24,000 bases of DNA from Acidobacteriota bacterium (GTDB taxonomy: Bacteria > Acidobacteriota > UBA6911 > RPQK01 > JAPXNP01): assembly GCA_963663735.2 (NCBI GenBank), contig CAXXHN010000002.1:680196-704195 (forward strand), written 5' to 3'. Made by a program: the position numbers and the translations under genes. Within the stretch, counting starts at the first letter, position 1. Each line of letters begins with the position of its first letter. Under the pieces are notes generated by a model that did no database searches, was not told the DNA's origin, and saw nothing but the letters and a program-made list of their open reading frames with translations. This document shows, in pieces, positions 1-8,271 of this stretch.

Positions 1-589
1 TGCTGTCAGAAAAAAGGGCCAGTACCCCAGCATCTCCATAGGCGGAAAGTATCTTTTCAGCAGAAGCGTCATGGTCCGGGCTCTCTTCTTCCAGCTTGAA
101 ATCCCCGGTCCAGATTACAGTGCCAGCTGGCAGTGTGACAGCAAAACTGAAACTGTCTGGGAACGAGTGGTCAATCAAGACAGGTTCTATCGAAAAAGGG
201 CCAATGGTGAATTTATTTCCGCTTTTGATTTCCACCAGTTTTGACCGGCTCAGCACGTCTCTTTCTTCCAGTCGGGACTTTGCCAGGCCAAGAGTCAGGG
301 GACTGCCATATACAGGAACATTGATGTTTTCTAGTACATAGGCAAGCGCGCCGATGTGGTCTTCATGTCCGTGTGTCAGGATAATACCTTTTACCTTGGC
401 GGGGATTTTATTCAGTGCGGACAAGTCAGGTATCATCAGGCTGACACCTGGGATTGATCTCTGATATCCCCTGGGAAATGCCATGCCGCAGTCAATCATG
501 ATCATATCCTTGCCGTATTTCAGGAGAGAACAGTTCATCCCGAATTGTCCCAGCCCCCCAAGTGGAATAATTTCAACAGGTTTAATCAT
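1..589 (-). CDS. rnj: Ribonuclease J (metallo-beta-lactamase/beta-CASP family), N-terminal ~196 codons; the gene runs off the window start
   Basis: Absent from the ORF track because it has no stop in the window. Hand translation of the minus strand from ATG at 589 gives MIKPVEIIPLGGLGQFGMNCSLLKYGKDMIMIDCGMAFPRGYQRSIPGVSLMIPDLSALNKIPAKVKGIILTHGHEDHIGALAYVLENINVPVYGS... It stays open to position 1. HGHEDHIGA is the MBL HxHxDH motif in a typical RNase J N-terminal context. The start overlaps the rsmA stop (ATGA at 586-589), suggesting translational coupling. Confidence 0.85.
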   Translation of the reverse strand, partial: MIKPVEIIPLGGLGQFGMNCSLLKYGKDMIMIDCGMAFPRGYQRSIPGVSLMIPDLSALNKIPAKVKGIILTHGHEDHIGALAYVLENINVPVYGSPLTLGLAKSRLEERDVLSRSKLVEIKSGNKFTIGPFSIEPVLIDHSFPDSFSFAVTLPAGTVIWTGDFKLEEESPDHDASAEKILSAYGDAGVLALFSDS

Positions 590-1440
590 GATTGGAAGGA
601 TAACACGCGCCGGCTGGCCTCTGAAATAGCCAGGAACTTTTCCAGGCTGATTTCCTGAGGTCTTGCCTGGGGGGAAACACCGCTTTCCTCCAATGCCAGG
701 AGCAGCTGCTCAGGATCAGGAAAAAGGCGTTTCAGGTTGTTGTAAATGGTTTTTCGTCGTTGAGAAAAAGCTGTTTTAGTGAGTTGTATGAATTCCTTTT
801 CTGCTTCAGTCTGGATGAACCTTGGTTTCAGCTGCAACACATGCGACATAATCTTGGGAGGAGGATAAAAAGATCCGGGGGGCACATCAAAGCCGCTTAT
901 TCGATGAAAATTAAAAGCCATGAGGAGTGAGAAATATCCATAGTCACTCGATCCAGGCGCTGCCAGGATGCGCAGTGCGACTTCTTTCTGAGTCATAAAC
1001 GTGAAGCTGGCAAAGAATTTTTTAAATTTCACGGAGTGTTCAAGAATCCTGGTGGAGATATTGTACGGGAGATTCCCGATAACCTTGGCTTTGATCTGAT
1101 CCGGTTTGATGCTGTATTGCTCCTGTTCGGGAAAAGGGTAGTGAAGAAAAGGCTCCCAGTCGCTGTTTAAAATATTTTTCTGGTAAATCCTGAGGCGGGG
1201 AGGCTCTGAGTTCATTACTGCCTGGTATTTCCCTTCCAGGGTTTTAACCATGTCACGGTCAAATTCCACTGCCGTCACCAACCTTGATCTTTCAAGAAGG
1301 GAAGAAGTAAGGGCGCCGGTCCCGGGACCGATTTCAAGCACGATATCAAACTGGTCTATTTCAGCCAGTTCAACAATTCGTGTACAGTAGTGTCGGTTGG
1401 TCAGGAAGTGCTGGCCGAGAGATTTTTTAGGTTGAATCAT
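586..1440 (-). CDS. rsmA: 16S rRNA (adenine1518/1519-N6)-dimethyltransferase RsmA/KsgA
   Basis: 284 aa with an ATG start. The N-terminus KKSLGQHFL and SAM motif I LEIGPGTGALT, followed by GNLPYNIST, are classic KsgA/Erm-family motifs. Confidence 0.93.
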   Translation of the reverse strand: MIQPKKSLGQHFLTNRHYCTRIVELAEIDQFDIVLEIGPGTGALTSSLLERSRLVTAVEFDRDMVKTLEGKYQAVMNSEPPRLRIYQKNILNSDWEPFLHYPFPEQEQYSIKPDQIKAKVIGNLPYNISTRILEHSVKFKKFFASFTFMTQKEVALRILAAPGSSDYGYFSLLMAFNFHRISGFDVPPGSFYPPPKIMSHVLQLKPRFIQTEAEKEFIQLTKTAFSQRRKTIYNNLKRLFPDPEQLLLALEESGVSPQARPQEISLEKFLAISEASRRVLSFQS

Positions 1441-1510
1441 TTTTAGTCAACGAGTGATATGCTACCATAAAACCCTCACAGATTATGATTGAAACAGTGG
1501 AGACTTTATT

Positions 1511-1837
1511 ATGAGTGAATATGTAAAAGATGTAACTGACCGCAGTTTTGAAACCGATGTCCTTCAGGCTGAAGTGCCTGTTCTCGTAGACTTCTGGGCT
1601 ACCTGGTGCGCGCCATGCAGGATGCTGACCCCAGTTATAGAGCAGGTTGCCGAGGAGTACAAGGGCAAGGCGAAATTTGTCAAGTTGAACGTCGATGATA
1701 ATTCAGAGACCGCCGGAAGATATTCGATCAGGGGTATCCCGACTCTTTTGCTTTTCAAGGGCGGAGAACTCAAGGACCAGCTGGTCGGAGTTACATCCAA
1801 AGACAATATTACCAGGATGATCCAGGCGCAGTTATAA
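1511..1837 (+). CDS. trxA: Thioredoxin (active site WCAPC)
   Basis: 108 aa with GGAG 8 nt upstream of the ATG. VLVDFWATWCAPCRM...IRGIPTLLLFKGG matches the thioredoxin fold, including the cis-Pro motif. The active site is CAPC rather than the canonical CGPC. Confidence 0.93.
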   Translation: MSEYVKDVTDRSFETDVLQAEVPVLVDFWATWCAPCRMLTPVIEQVAEEYKGKAKFVKLNVDDNSETAGRYSIRGIPTLLLFKGGELKDQLVGVTSKDNITRMIQAQL

Positions 1838-1945
1838 ACATCGTTATTGCCTGGCAGGAAAAATAAGCAATAGTCCAGAATTCTCTGTTGATGTTCCGGC
1901 AACTCCGGGGCGAGGATCTTTTCAGAGCAGCTGGCAGGGAAAAAT

Positions 1946-3256
1946 ATGATGAAGAACGTGGTAGTTGTAGGTACACAGTGGGGCGACGAGGGTAAGGGCA
2001 AGATTGTCGACCTTCTGACAGAAAAATTTGACGTTATTGCCAGGGCCCAGGGTGGACATAATGCCGGTCATACCGTCATCATCGGCCGGACCAAGTATAT
2101 TCTTCATCTGATTCCATCAGGAATACTGCGATCAGGAAAGATCTGCGTTATCGGAAATGGGGTGGTGTTTGATCCTTTCGCTTTCCGGGAAGAACTGCTG
2201 GGGCTTGCGGGAATTGATTACAAAGGCCGGTTGTTTATCAGTGACCGTTGCCATTTAATCATGCCCTATCACCGTGCAGTGGAAAAGGCAGAAGAATTCC
2301 TCCTGGGGGAAAACCGGATTGGAACCACCAACCGTGGCATAGGCCCTGCCTATGAAGATAAAGTCGCCCGCAGGGGATTACGGATTGGGGACATGGGATG
2401 TCCCGAGATTTTCAGGAAAAGGCTGGAAGAAGTTGTCCGATCCAAGAATCTGCTGTTAAAGGAGGTTTATAACAGTGAACCTCTTGATTCCGGGAAGATA
2501 TACGATGATTATATGAGCCTGGCAGACCTGGTGTTACCGATGGTTACAGAAACATCGGAACTTCTGAACAGGCTGGACAAGGAAGGTAAACGGATCCTGT
2601 TTGAGGGAGCCCAGGGAGCCCTGTTGGATATAGATCACGGTACCTATCCGTTCGTTACATCATCCAATTCCACTTCAGGTGGAGTCTGTACGGGAACAGG
2701 GATAGGTCCTGCCCGGATAGACGGTGTGGTTGGTATCAGCAAGGCATACACCACCAGGGTTGGAGCCGGTCCATTTCCGACTGAATATGACGGAAGCCTC
2801 GGTGAAACTTTCCGCAGCATCGGTGATGAATATGGGGCTTCTACCGGAAGGCCCAGGAGATGCGGATGCTTTGATGCCGTGATTACCGGCTATTCCTGCA
2901 ATGTGAACAGCGTCAGCACTCTGGTTATTACAAAACTGGATGTCCTTGACCAGCAGGAACAGATAGAAGTCTGTACCGGATACAGGTATAAGAATCAGAT
3001 TCTGAAGACCTTGCCCATGCATTCCGAGGTACTGGAGAAAGTGGAGCCTGTAATTGAAACCTGGAAAGGCTGGAAAAAGCCTACTACCGGAATTCGTGAA
3101 TATGGAGCTCTCCCAGCTGAAGCCCGCGATTACCTGAATCGTTTGAAAGACCTGCTTGAAACAGATATTTCGATTGTTTCAGTTGGCCCCGATCGTGATG
3201 ATACTCTTTTTGTTGACGGCAGCCCCTATTCCGAAGCATTCAAAATGCGGGATTGA
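1946..3256 (+). CDS. purA: Adenylosuccinate synthetase
   Basis: 436 aa. It has the N-terminal P-loop GTQWGDEGKGK, plus GHTV, TTNRGIGPAY and GTTGRPRRCG-like (STGRPRRCG) motifs characteristic of PurA. Confidence 0.97.
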   Translation: MMKNVVVVGTQWGDEGKGKIVDLLTEKFDVIARAQGGHNAGHTVIIGRTKYILHLIPSGILRSGKICVIGNGVVFDPFAFREELLGLAGIDYKGRLFISDRCHLIMPYHRAVEKAEEFLLGENRIGTTNRGIGPAYEDKVARRGLRIGDMGCPEIFRKRLEEVVRSKNLLLKEVYNSEPLDSGKIYDDYMSLADLVLPMVTETSELLNRLDKEGKRILFEGAQGALLDIDHGTYPFVTSSNSTSGGVCTGTGIGPARIDGVVGISKAYTTRVGAGPFPTEYDGSLGETFRSIGDEYGASTGRPRRCGCFDAVITGYSCNVNSVSTLVITKLDVLDQQEQIEVCTGYRYKNQILKTLPMHSEVLEKVEPVIETWKGWKKPTTGIREYGALPAEARDYLNRLKDLLETDISIVSVGPDRDDTLFVDGSPYSEAFKMRD

Positions 3257-3289
3257 ATGTCGCGTATGAAAACGGCAGCTTAAAGTACT

Positions 3290-3314
3290 GAAAGGCGGAT
3301 TCAATCCGCCTTTC
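3290..3314 (+). terminator. Hairpin downstream of purA (candidate intrinsic terminator)
   Basis: gaaaggcggat-tca-atccgcctttc forms an 11-bp perfect stem, 34 nt after the purA stop. The T-tract is short and partly inside the stem, and the sequence is symmetric, so it could act in either direction. Confidence 0.55.
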
Positions 3315-3773
3315 TCGCCAGCAGACTGCTCCGTTGATGAGTATATTTCCCCTCTGGGTGCATAAAACCCAGTTCAACTCCTGCCTGAAGCCGCTAATCT
3401 TCGCAGTAAGCCTCATGTCCTCTGTATTCGTTTCGCTGGAAAAATCATATTTGTAACCCCCGAAACTGGAAAACCACATACACTTCTGTCAGCAAGCGGT
3501 ATGGAGATACCTGATTCTTTTGCTTTTAGTGTCGAAGGCGCAGTTTCAGGAACCTGGGCTTCTCCGTTTATCCTATTAATAAATAATAATTATATTCCTC
3601 TTCCTGAGTGAAACCTAAATAAGGCATTCAGCATATATAAGAACAGTTTTAAGTTACCCTGAGAAACAGGTTGACAGGCAGTTCTTAAAGCGAAACCTAT
3701 TGTACCAAGTGTACAGCGCGAATTTATTAATTAGGACAAACGGAAAAACCTGAACATACAACGGAGGACGCAA

Positions 3774-4388
3774 ATGTTTACAAAATTAGTTGACCTGCCA
3801 TACAAATATGACGCACTTGAACCTTATATAGATGCCAAAACCATGGAGATCCACCATTCTCGCCACCACAATGCCTACGTGACAAACCTGAATAATGCAG
3901 TGGAGCCTTTTACCGAACTGGATGGAAAAAGCCTTGATGAGCTCCTTTCCAACAATCTCAGTGCGGTTCCTGAATCGATAAGGACCGCGGTCAGGAATCA
4001 TGGCGGAGGAGTATGGAACCATAACCTTTTCTGGAACACGATGTCCCCATCCGGGGGCGGCGAGCCAGTAGGGAAGGTTGCTGAAGGAATAACCAGGAAA
4101 TTTGGAACTTTTCAGGCATTCAAAGATCAGTTGAATAAGGCGGCTTTGACCCAGTTCGGATCAGGATGGGCTTGGCTGGTACTGGCGAAAGGAGGCGGGC
4201 TGGAAGTTCTTTCAACCCCGAACCAGGACACCCCCCTTTCGGCCGGGCATTTTCCCTTGCTTAACCTGGATGTATGGGAACATGCCTATTATTTGAAATA
4301 CCAGAACAAGAGGAATGACTATATTTCGGCCTGGTGGAATGTCATCAACTGGAAAGCAGTAGAAGATCTTTATCTTTCAGCCAGGTAA
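3774..4388 (+). CDS. sodA: Superoxide dismutase, Fe/Mn family, Mn-type signature
   Basis: 204 aa with GGAGG 7 nt upstream. [21 protein letters not shown] and [13 protein letters not shown] are Fe/Mn-SOD motifs. GGGVWNH (Gly where Fe-SODs carry the active-site Gln) together with C-terminal NQD (Gln146-type) points to the Mn or cambialistic class. Confidence 0.85.
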   Translation: MFTKLVDLPYKYDALEPYIDAKTMEIHHSRHHNAYVTNLNNAVEPFTELDGKSLDELLSNNLSAVPESIRTAVRNHGGGVWNHNLFWNTMSPSGGGEPVGKVAEGITRKFGTFQAFKDQLNKAALTQFGSGWAWLVLAKGGGLEVLSTPNQDTPLSAGHFPLLNLDVWEHAYYLKYQNKRNDYISAWWNVINWKAVEDLYLSAR

Positions 4389-4412
4389 TCTTTTTTATTA
4401 TTGATTGTGGGG

Positions 4413-4431
4413 CGCGGGCTACCTGCCCGCG
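4413..4431 (+). terminator. GC-rich hairpin downstream of sodA (weak terminator candidate)
   Basis: cgcgggc-tacct-gcccgcg forms a 7-bp stem, 25 nt after the sodA stop. It is followed by ttccaggttt, a poor U-tract. Confidence 0.35.
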
Positions 4432-4505
4432 TTCCAGGTTTGACCCTGGTGAGGAACCGGCAGGGATGATTCGGGCAGCCCGTGCCCATTATAATCCTCA
4501 ACTAT

Positions 4506-5468
4506 TTAATCCGGCAGTGTCAGTTTTACCTCATCCAGATCCTTGATCCTGGCCCTGCTCCCCAGCGCAACAAGCACTGAACCGACCACAACAGCCGCGG
4601 CACTGACTCCCTGTATCCAGGTGATGTCAGGATTCGCTCCCATGTCCAGGTAGTCCCCCAAAAGGATTATTTTGGTGAAAACTATTGTGAAAATTGGCGC
4701 GAGAGCTATCACCGCGCTTACCCGGGACGCATCCCAGAGATTCAGGGCTTCGGCAAAACATCCGTAGGCGATAAAAGTATTGAGGCAGGCAAAGACCAGG
4801 AACCCAATCTGCACCGGAGTAAGGACTGATACAGTAACAGGGTCTGAAACCGGAAGGACTAAAACTGAAGCTGCAAGGTATAACACGGCCAGGATCTGGT
4901 CTGATGAGAAATCCCGGAGTGAAGCCTTTTGGGCGAGGGCATAGGCCATCCAGGAAAACGCGGCCAGAATTATGAAGATACTCCCCCTGTAAAAATCTCC
5001 CCGCCATTCTGAAACCATTGTTAAGAGGCGGTCCCTGAAGAAAAGCAGCAGGCCTCCAAAAAGAACGGCAATCCCTATCCATTGCACTCCCCGTATGGAT
5101 TCCTTAAAAACTATGATCCCTCCAAGAAACAGCAGCATTGGTGCCAGCTGTATCAGTATCTGGGCGGTGTTTGGAGAAACATAATCCAGTCCTTTAAGGT
5201 AAAGGACGTAATTACCTGCCAGGCCTAATGAAGCAACCGATAGCAGTATTATGTTTCTCCTGCTGAATTTCTGAATTGAGGGGATTCTTTTCTTGTAGAG
5301 GAGGTACAAGCCGATCATGCCCAGGGAAGCCGCGAATCGGAACCAGGTTAAGGTGAATGGATCCATCGATTTCAAAAGCACCTTCATCGCGATAGGCAAC
5401 AGGCCCCACATAAGTGCGGTCGTCATCGCCAGCAAAAAACCAAGTTTCCAGTTTCCAGTCGATTTCAT
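4506..5468 (-). CDS. DMT-superfamily (EamA-like) transporter, ~10 TM segments
   Basis: 320 aa and hydrophobic throughout. It shows the two-half architecture typical of EamA/RhaT-type permeases. The substrate cannot be inferred. Confidence 0.8.
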   Translation of the reverse strand: MKSTGNWKLGFLLAMTTALMWGLLPIAMKVLLKSMDPFTLTWFRFAASLGMIGLYLLYKKRIPSIQKFSRRNIILLSVASLGLAGNYVLYLKGLDYVSPNTAQILIQLAPMLLFLGGIIVFKESIRGVQWIGIAVLFGGLLLFFRDRLLTMVSEWRGDFYRGSIFIILAAFSWMAYALAQKASLRDFSSDQILAVLYLAASVLVLPVSDPVTVSVLTPVQIGFLVFACLNTFIAYGCFAEALNLWDASRVSAVIALAPIFTIVFTKIILLGDYLDMGANPDITWIQGVSAAAVVVGSVLVALGSRARIKDLDEVKLTLPD

Positions 5469-5743
5469 TAATTTAAGTCTTCCAGGAAAGATCCATTACA
5501 TAAGGGAGAAACGTCAGACGAAGCCGACGGCATTTAAAGGTAGTTCTTTTAATGTATGAATTCAAGTTAGAGACACTTTTAAAATCTTCCTGTATTGTCC
5601 TGTAATAACCTTCCTTGCCACTCGATAATTGCTTGCACCGGGATCACCCGGTTCAGTCAGGGCGCGATTCCATTCCCGGAGCCACTGATTTGCACCTCAT
5701 ACAGAGTAGCGTCTATCATGTTCGGAAATAGAAAGGATATAAC

Positions 5744-6598
5744 ATGAAGACCTGTTTGGAGTGCATCCCCTGTTTTGGGAAGCAGATAGTTGAAGTAGCC
5801 GGAATGCTGGAAGGGGATGAAAAAAAGCAGAGAGAGGCAGTCAGGGGAATGATGGCAGCCTTTGCGGATTTTGACCTTGATGATTCCCCGCCTTTATTTG
5901 CCCAGCGGCTATCCAGGATAGCCAGGCCGTACCTGGAAGGAAGGGACCCTTTTCATGATATCAAGGAGCGCTTCAATAATCTGGCAATGCACATTCTTCC
6001 CGGTCTTGAGATTAGAGTGAAGGAAGCACCCGATCCATTCGGACTGGCCGCCCGGCTCTGTATTGTCGGGAATGTCATCGATTCAGGAGTGGTGTCCTAC
6101 AAACTGGAAGAGGATGCGGTGACTGAGGAGATTATGAATGCTTCAGAGGAGGAGCTTTTTGGCGATATAGAACCGTTGCGGGAGAGCTTTCTCAATGCCA
6201 ATAAGATACTGTGGCTTGCTGACAATGCCGGAGAGATTGTACTGGACCAGTTGCTTCTCTCTTTTGTTGATCCGGGGCGCGTAACTATTGCGGTGAGGGG
6301 AATGCCCATATTAAACGATGCCACCCTTTCTGATGCCCGGGAAATCGGCCTCACTTCAATGTACCGGGTAATTGAAAACGGGTCTGACGCTCCAGGGACA
6401 ATCCTGGAAGACTGCAGCCATGAATTCAGGAAGGCTTTTGATGAAGCGGACCTGATAATTTCAAAAGGGCAGGGGAATTATGAGACGCTTTCTTCTTTCT
6501 CTGATGACCGGATTTTTTATCTATTGAAGGCAAAATGCCCGATTATTGCCAGGGACCTCAACTGTGACATCGGCAGGCTTGTTATTCAGAAGCGTTAA
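5744..6598 (+). CDS. DUF89 / ARMT1-like damage-control phosphatase family protein
   Basis: 284 aa with AAAGGA upstream. It has the N-terminal CLECIPC pair, DNAGEIVLD (the DN-x-GE metal-site motif) and KGQGNYE near the C-terminus, all recalled hallmarks of PF01937. Confidence 0.8.
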   Translation: MKTCLECIPCFGKQIVEVAGMLEGDEKKQREAVRGMMAAFADFDLDDSPPLFAQRLSRIARPYLEGRDPFHDIKERFNNLAMHILPGLEIRVKEAPDPFGLAARLCIVGNVIDSGVVSYKLEEDAVTEEIMNASEEELFGDIEPLRESFLNANKILWLADNAGEIVLDQLLLSFVDPGRVTIAVRGMPILNDATLSDAREIGLTSMYRVIENGSDAPGTILEDCSHEFRKAFDEADLIISKGQGNYETLSSFSDDRIFYLLKAKCPIIARDLNCDIGRLVIQKR

Positions 6599-6608
6599 GG
6601 ACTGTTTT

Positions 6609-6623
6609 CCAGGCGAAGCCTGG
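6609..6623 (+). terminator. Small hairpin after the DUF89 gene
   Basis: ccaggc-gaa-gcctgg forms a 6-bp stem, 11 nt after the stop. It is followed by cctttctccagatttttt. Confidence 0.4.
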
Positions 6624-6640
6624 CCTTTCTCCAGATTTTT

Positions 6641-6680
6641 TAAAAAAAAGTGGCGCTGAGGGAGGTAGTTCAGCGCCACT
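6641..6680 (-). terminator. Strong intrinsic terminator reading on the minus strand
   Basis: An 11-bp perfect stem, agtggcgctga (6649-6659) pairing with tcagcgccact (6670-6680), has a 10-nt loop. On the minus strand it is followed directly by T8 (complement of A8 at 6642-6649). It lies about 260 nt downstream of the yqeY stop, beyond a smaller terminator. Confidence 0.6.
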
Positions 6681-6872
6681 TAATCAGGAATCAATGTCAC
6701 TTGGAGAACAAATGACTTTCGCTTGGTTACAAATATTAAGACGATAAAAAGTTCCTTAAAGTTTAATTATTTGCAAATGTTTCTGAAAATGTAGGTAAAA
6801 ACATTCTTGGCAGACTGATTTGTGAAACTGCTATTCAATGGCTCATTTCTGAACAGTTTTTTTCTCCGGCCT

Positions 6873-6892
6873 AAAAACGGGCTGGAGCAGCC
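6873..6892 (-). terminator. Small terminator candidate for yqeY
   Basis: The minus strand reads GGCTG-CTC-CAGCC then CGTTTTT, a 5-bp GC stem with a T5 tail, 50 nt after the yqeY stop. Confidence 0.4.
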
Positions 6893-6942
6893 GGCCTGAT
6901 TCGTTTTTCAAATGAAATGAAATGCTTGGGATTCCCCGGGTT

Positions 6943-7404
6943 TCATCCCAGTTTGGACCTGACCGCTTCATTTACCATTTTCCCATCTGCGGCGCCTTTC
7001 AGCTTTGGCATCAGTTCCTTCATTACCTTCCCGATATCCTGCATGGATGACGCTCCGGTTGCAGCTATGGCCGCTTCGACAAGTTTATCCACTTCTTCAC
7101 GGGAAAGCTGTTGGGGAAGATAGCGGTTGAGGATTTCAAGTTCCTTTTTCTCCTGATCTGCCAGGTCGATTCGACCTGCATCTGTGTAAGCATCTATGGA
7201 CTGCTTCCTCTGCTTGGCATAACTGGATATGACGCCCAGGGTTTCCTCATCAGCAAGCTGGTAGTCTTTTCCTTTTTTGACCCGGAGCTGCACTTCAAGT
7301 TCCAGGATTCTTGACTTGATCATTCTCAGGACGCCGAGGGTGTCCTTGTCATGTTTTTTGAGCGCGGTTGTGGCATCTGCGGATATTTTTTCTTTTAAGC
7401 TCAT
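6943..7404 (-). CDS. yqeY: GatB/YqeY domain-containing protein
   Basis: 153 aa. The N-terminus LKEKISADATTALKKHDKDTLGVLRMIKS and C-terminus GKVMKELMPKLKGAADGKMV are typical of YqeY (PF09424). Confidence 0.88.
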   Translation of the reverse strand: MSLKEKISADATTALKKHDKDTLGVLRMIKSRILELEVQLRVKKGKDYQLADEETLGVISSYAKQRKQSIDAYTDAGRIDLADQEKKELEILNRYLPQQLSREEVDKLVEAAIAATGASSMQDIGKVMKELMPKLKGAADGKMVNEAVRSKLG

Positions 7405-7550
7405 AATTGAGAATTATGGTGATTCGGAAGGAGGAATACAAGGGGCTTTACTTCAAGCCGCCAACTTCAAGGTCATATATGATCGGATAATGGTGGATTG
7501 GTGAATCGCAGGCATTGAACCCGCCTGCCTGTTATAATCAGGATCAAGAC

Positions 7551-8204
7551 ATGATACAGATATGCACTGATTTTGACGGAACCATAACTACCAGGGACAC
7601 CATTGTTTTTGTGACCGAAAAATTCGGAGCCGGAGAGGATTTCCGGATCCGGATAGTTAACGATATTAAAACTGGTAAAATTTCAGTGTTCCAGGGAATA
7701 CGGATGGAGCTGGAAACCGTAAAAGTATCCTGGGAGGAAGCAGTTGAAACGTTGAAGGCCAATGTATTCCTGGACCCTGGCTTCGAAGACTTTGTTGAGT
7801 GGAGCAAAAATGAAGCCTGTCCCATGACCATACTAAGTTCAGGAATGACTCCTGTGGTTGAACTATATACCGGTCATCTTGGCATTCCTATCTATGCCCA
7901 CAAGCTGGAAGTCTCTCCTGAGGGATGGAATTTTAAAGTAATTGAAGAACACCGCAAGGAGTTGATCCTGGAGGCCATCCGCAAAAAGGGGCCGGTAGTC
8001 TACATAGGGGACGGGACTTCTGACCTGGCTGCCATTCCCTATGCAGAACTTCTTTTTGCCCGGAGGGGACGATACCTTGAAGCATACTGCCGGGATAACA
8101 ATATCCCCAATATTCCCTTTTCAGATTTTAATGAAGTGAAATTAATGCTGATGGAGTGGCTTGATAACCGGAATCATAAATGCATCTCGGGAAACTTGAA
8201 GTAA
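7551..8204 (+). CDS. HAD-IB hydrolase, MtnX-like (2-hydroxy-3-keto-5-methylthiopentenyl-1-phosphate phosphatase family) or phosphoserine-phosphatase-like
   Basis: HAD motif I is CTDFDGTIT, with SSGM and motif IV IGDGTSD. The overall pattern (GFEDFVEW, LFARR..L...C, IPFSDFNEV) resembles B. subtilis MtnX as I recall it. The track start at 7515 is a TTG; ATG 7551 with AGGA 7 nt upstream places motif I at the usual N-terminal position. Confidence 0.8.
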   Translation: MIQICTDFDGTITTRDTIVFVTEKFGAGEDFRIRIVNDIKTGKISVFQGIRMELETVKVSWEEAVETLKANVFLDPGFEDFVEWSKNEACPMTILSSGMTPVVELYTGHLGIPIYAHKLEVSPEGWNFKVIEEHRKELILEAIRKKGPVVYIGDGTSDLAAIPYAELLFARRGRYLEAYCRDNNIPNIPFSDFNEVKLMLMEWLDNRNHKCISGNLK

Positions 8205-8271
8205 ATAAGGGGTGCTGTCAGTGACAACACCCCTGTCTTTATCACATTGAGAATTTATTAACAAACTGTCT

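Noticed and set aside
96-341. An 81-aa plus-strand ORF lies at the window start. Small ORFs also occur at 4334-4546 and 5317-5559, along with other ORFs of 100 aa or less nested in or antisense to called genes.
   Set aside because: They lie antisense to, or overlap, well-supported genes (rnj, the EamA transporter and others), or span terminator hairpins. None has a motif or an RBS.
3335-3466. Hammerhead-ribozyme-like core words are present: TGATGAG at 3335-3341 and CGAAAC at 3461-3466.
   Set aside because: The first word is preceded by T rather than the required C (CUGAUGA). The two boxes are about 120 nt apart with no obvious stem II or stem III pairing. This is most likely coincidence.
3240-3479. 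A 79-aa minus-strand ORF is the only track ORF in the purA-sodA gap.
   Set aside because: It reads straight through the 11-bp terminator hairpin and overlaps the purA 3' end. It has no RBS and no recognisable features.
6910-6924. (AAATG)x3 is a pentanucleotide repeat just downstream of the yqeY stop.
   Set aside because: With only three units in an AT-rich 3' region and no associated structure or ORF, it is too short to interpret.
7515-7550. The ORF track gives N-terminal extensions that start at TTG codons: 7515, 9171, 9739, 16495, 19358, 21099 and 21757.
   Set aside because: In each case a downstream ATG gives the canonical family N-terminus, such as HAD motif I, the Rossmann GxGxxG, a Tat or Sec signal, or the paralog's start. 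Often it also has a better-placed GGAG/AGGA. The extensions were trimmed in my calls.
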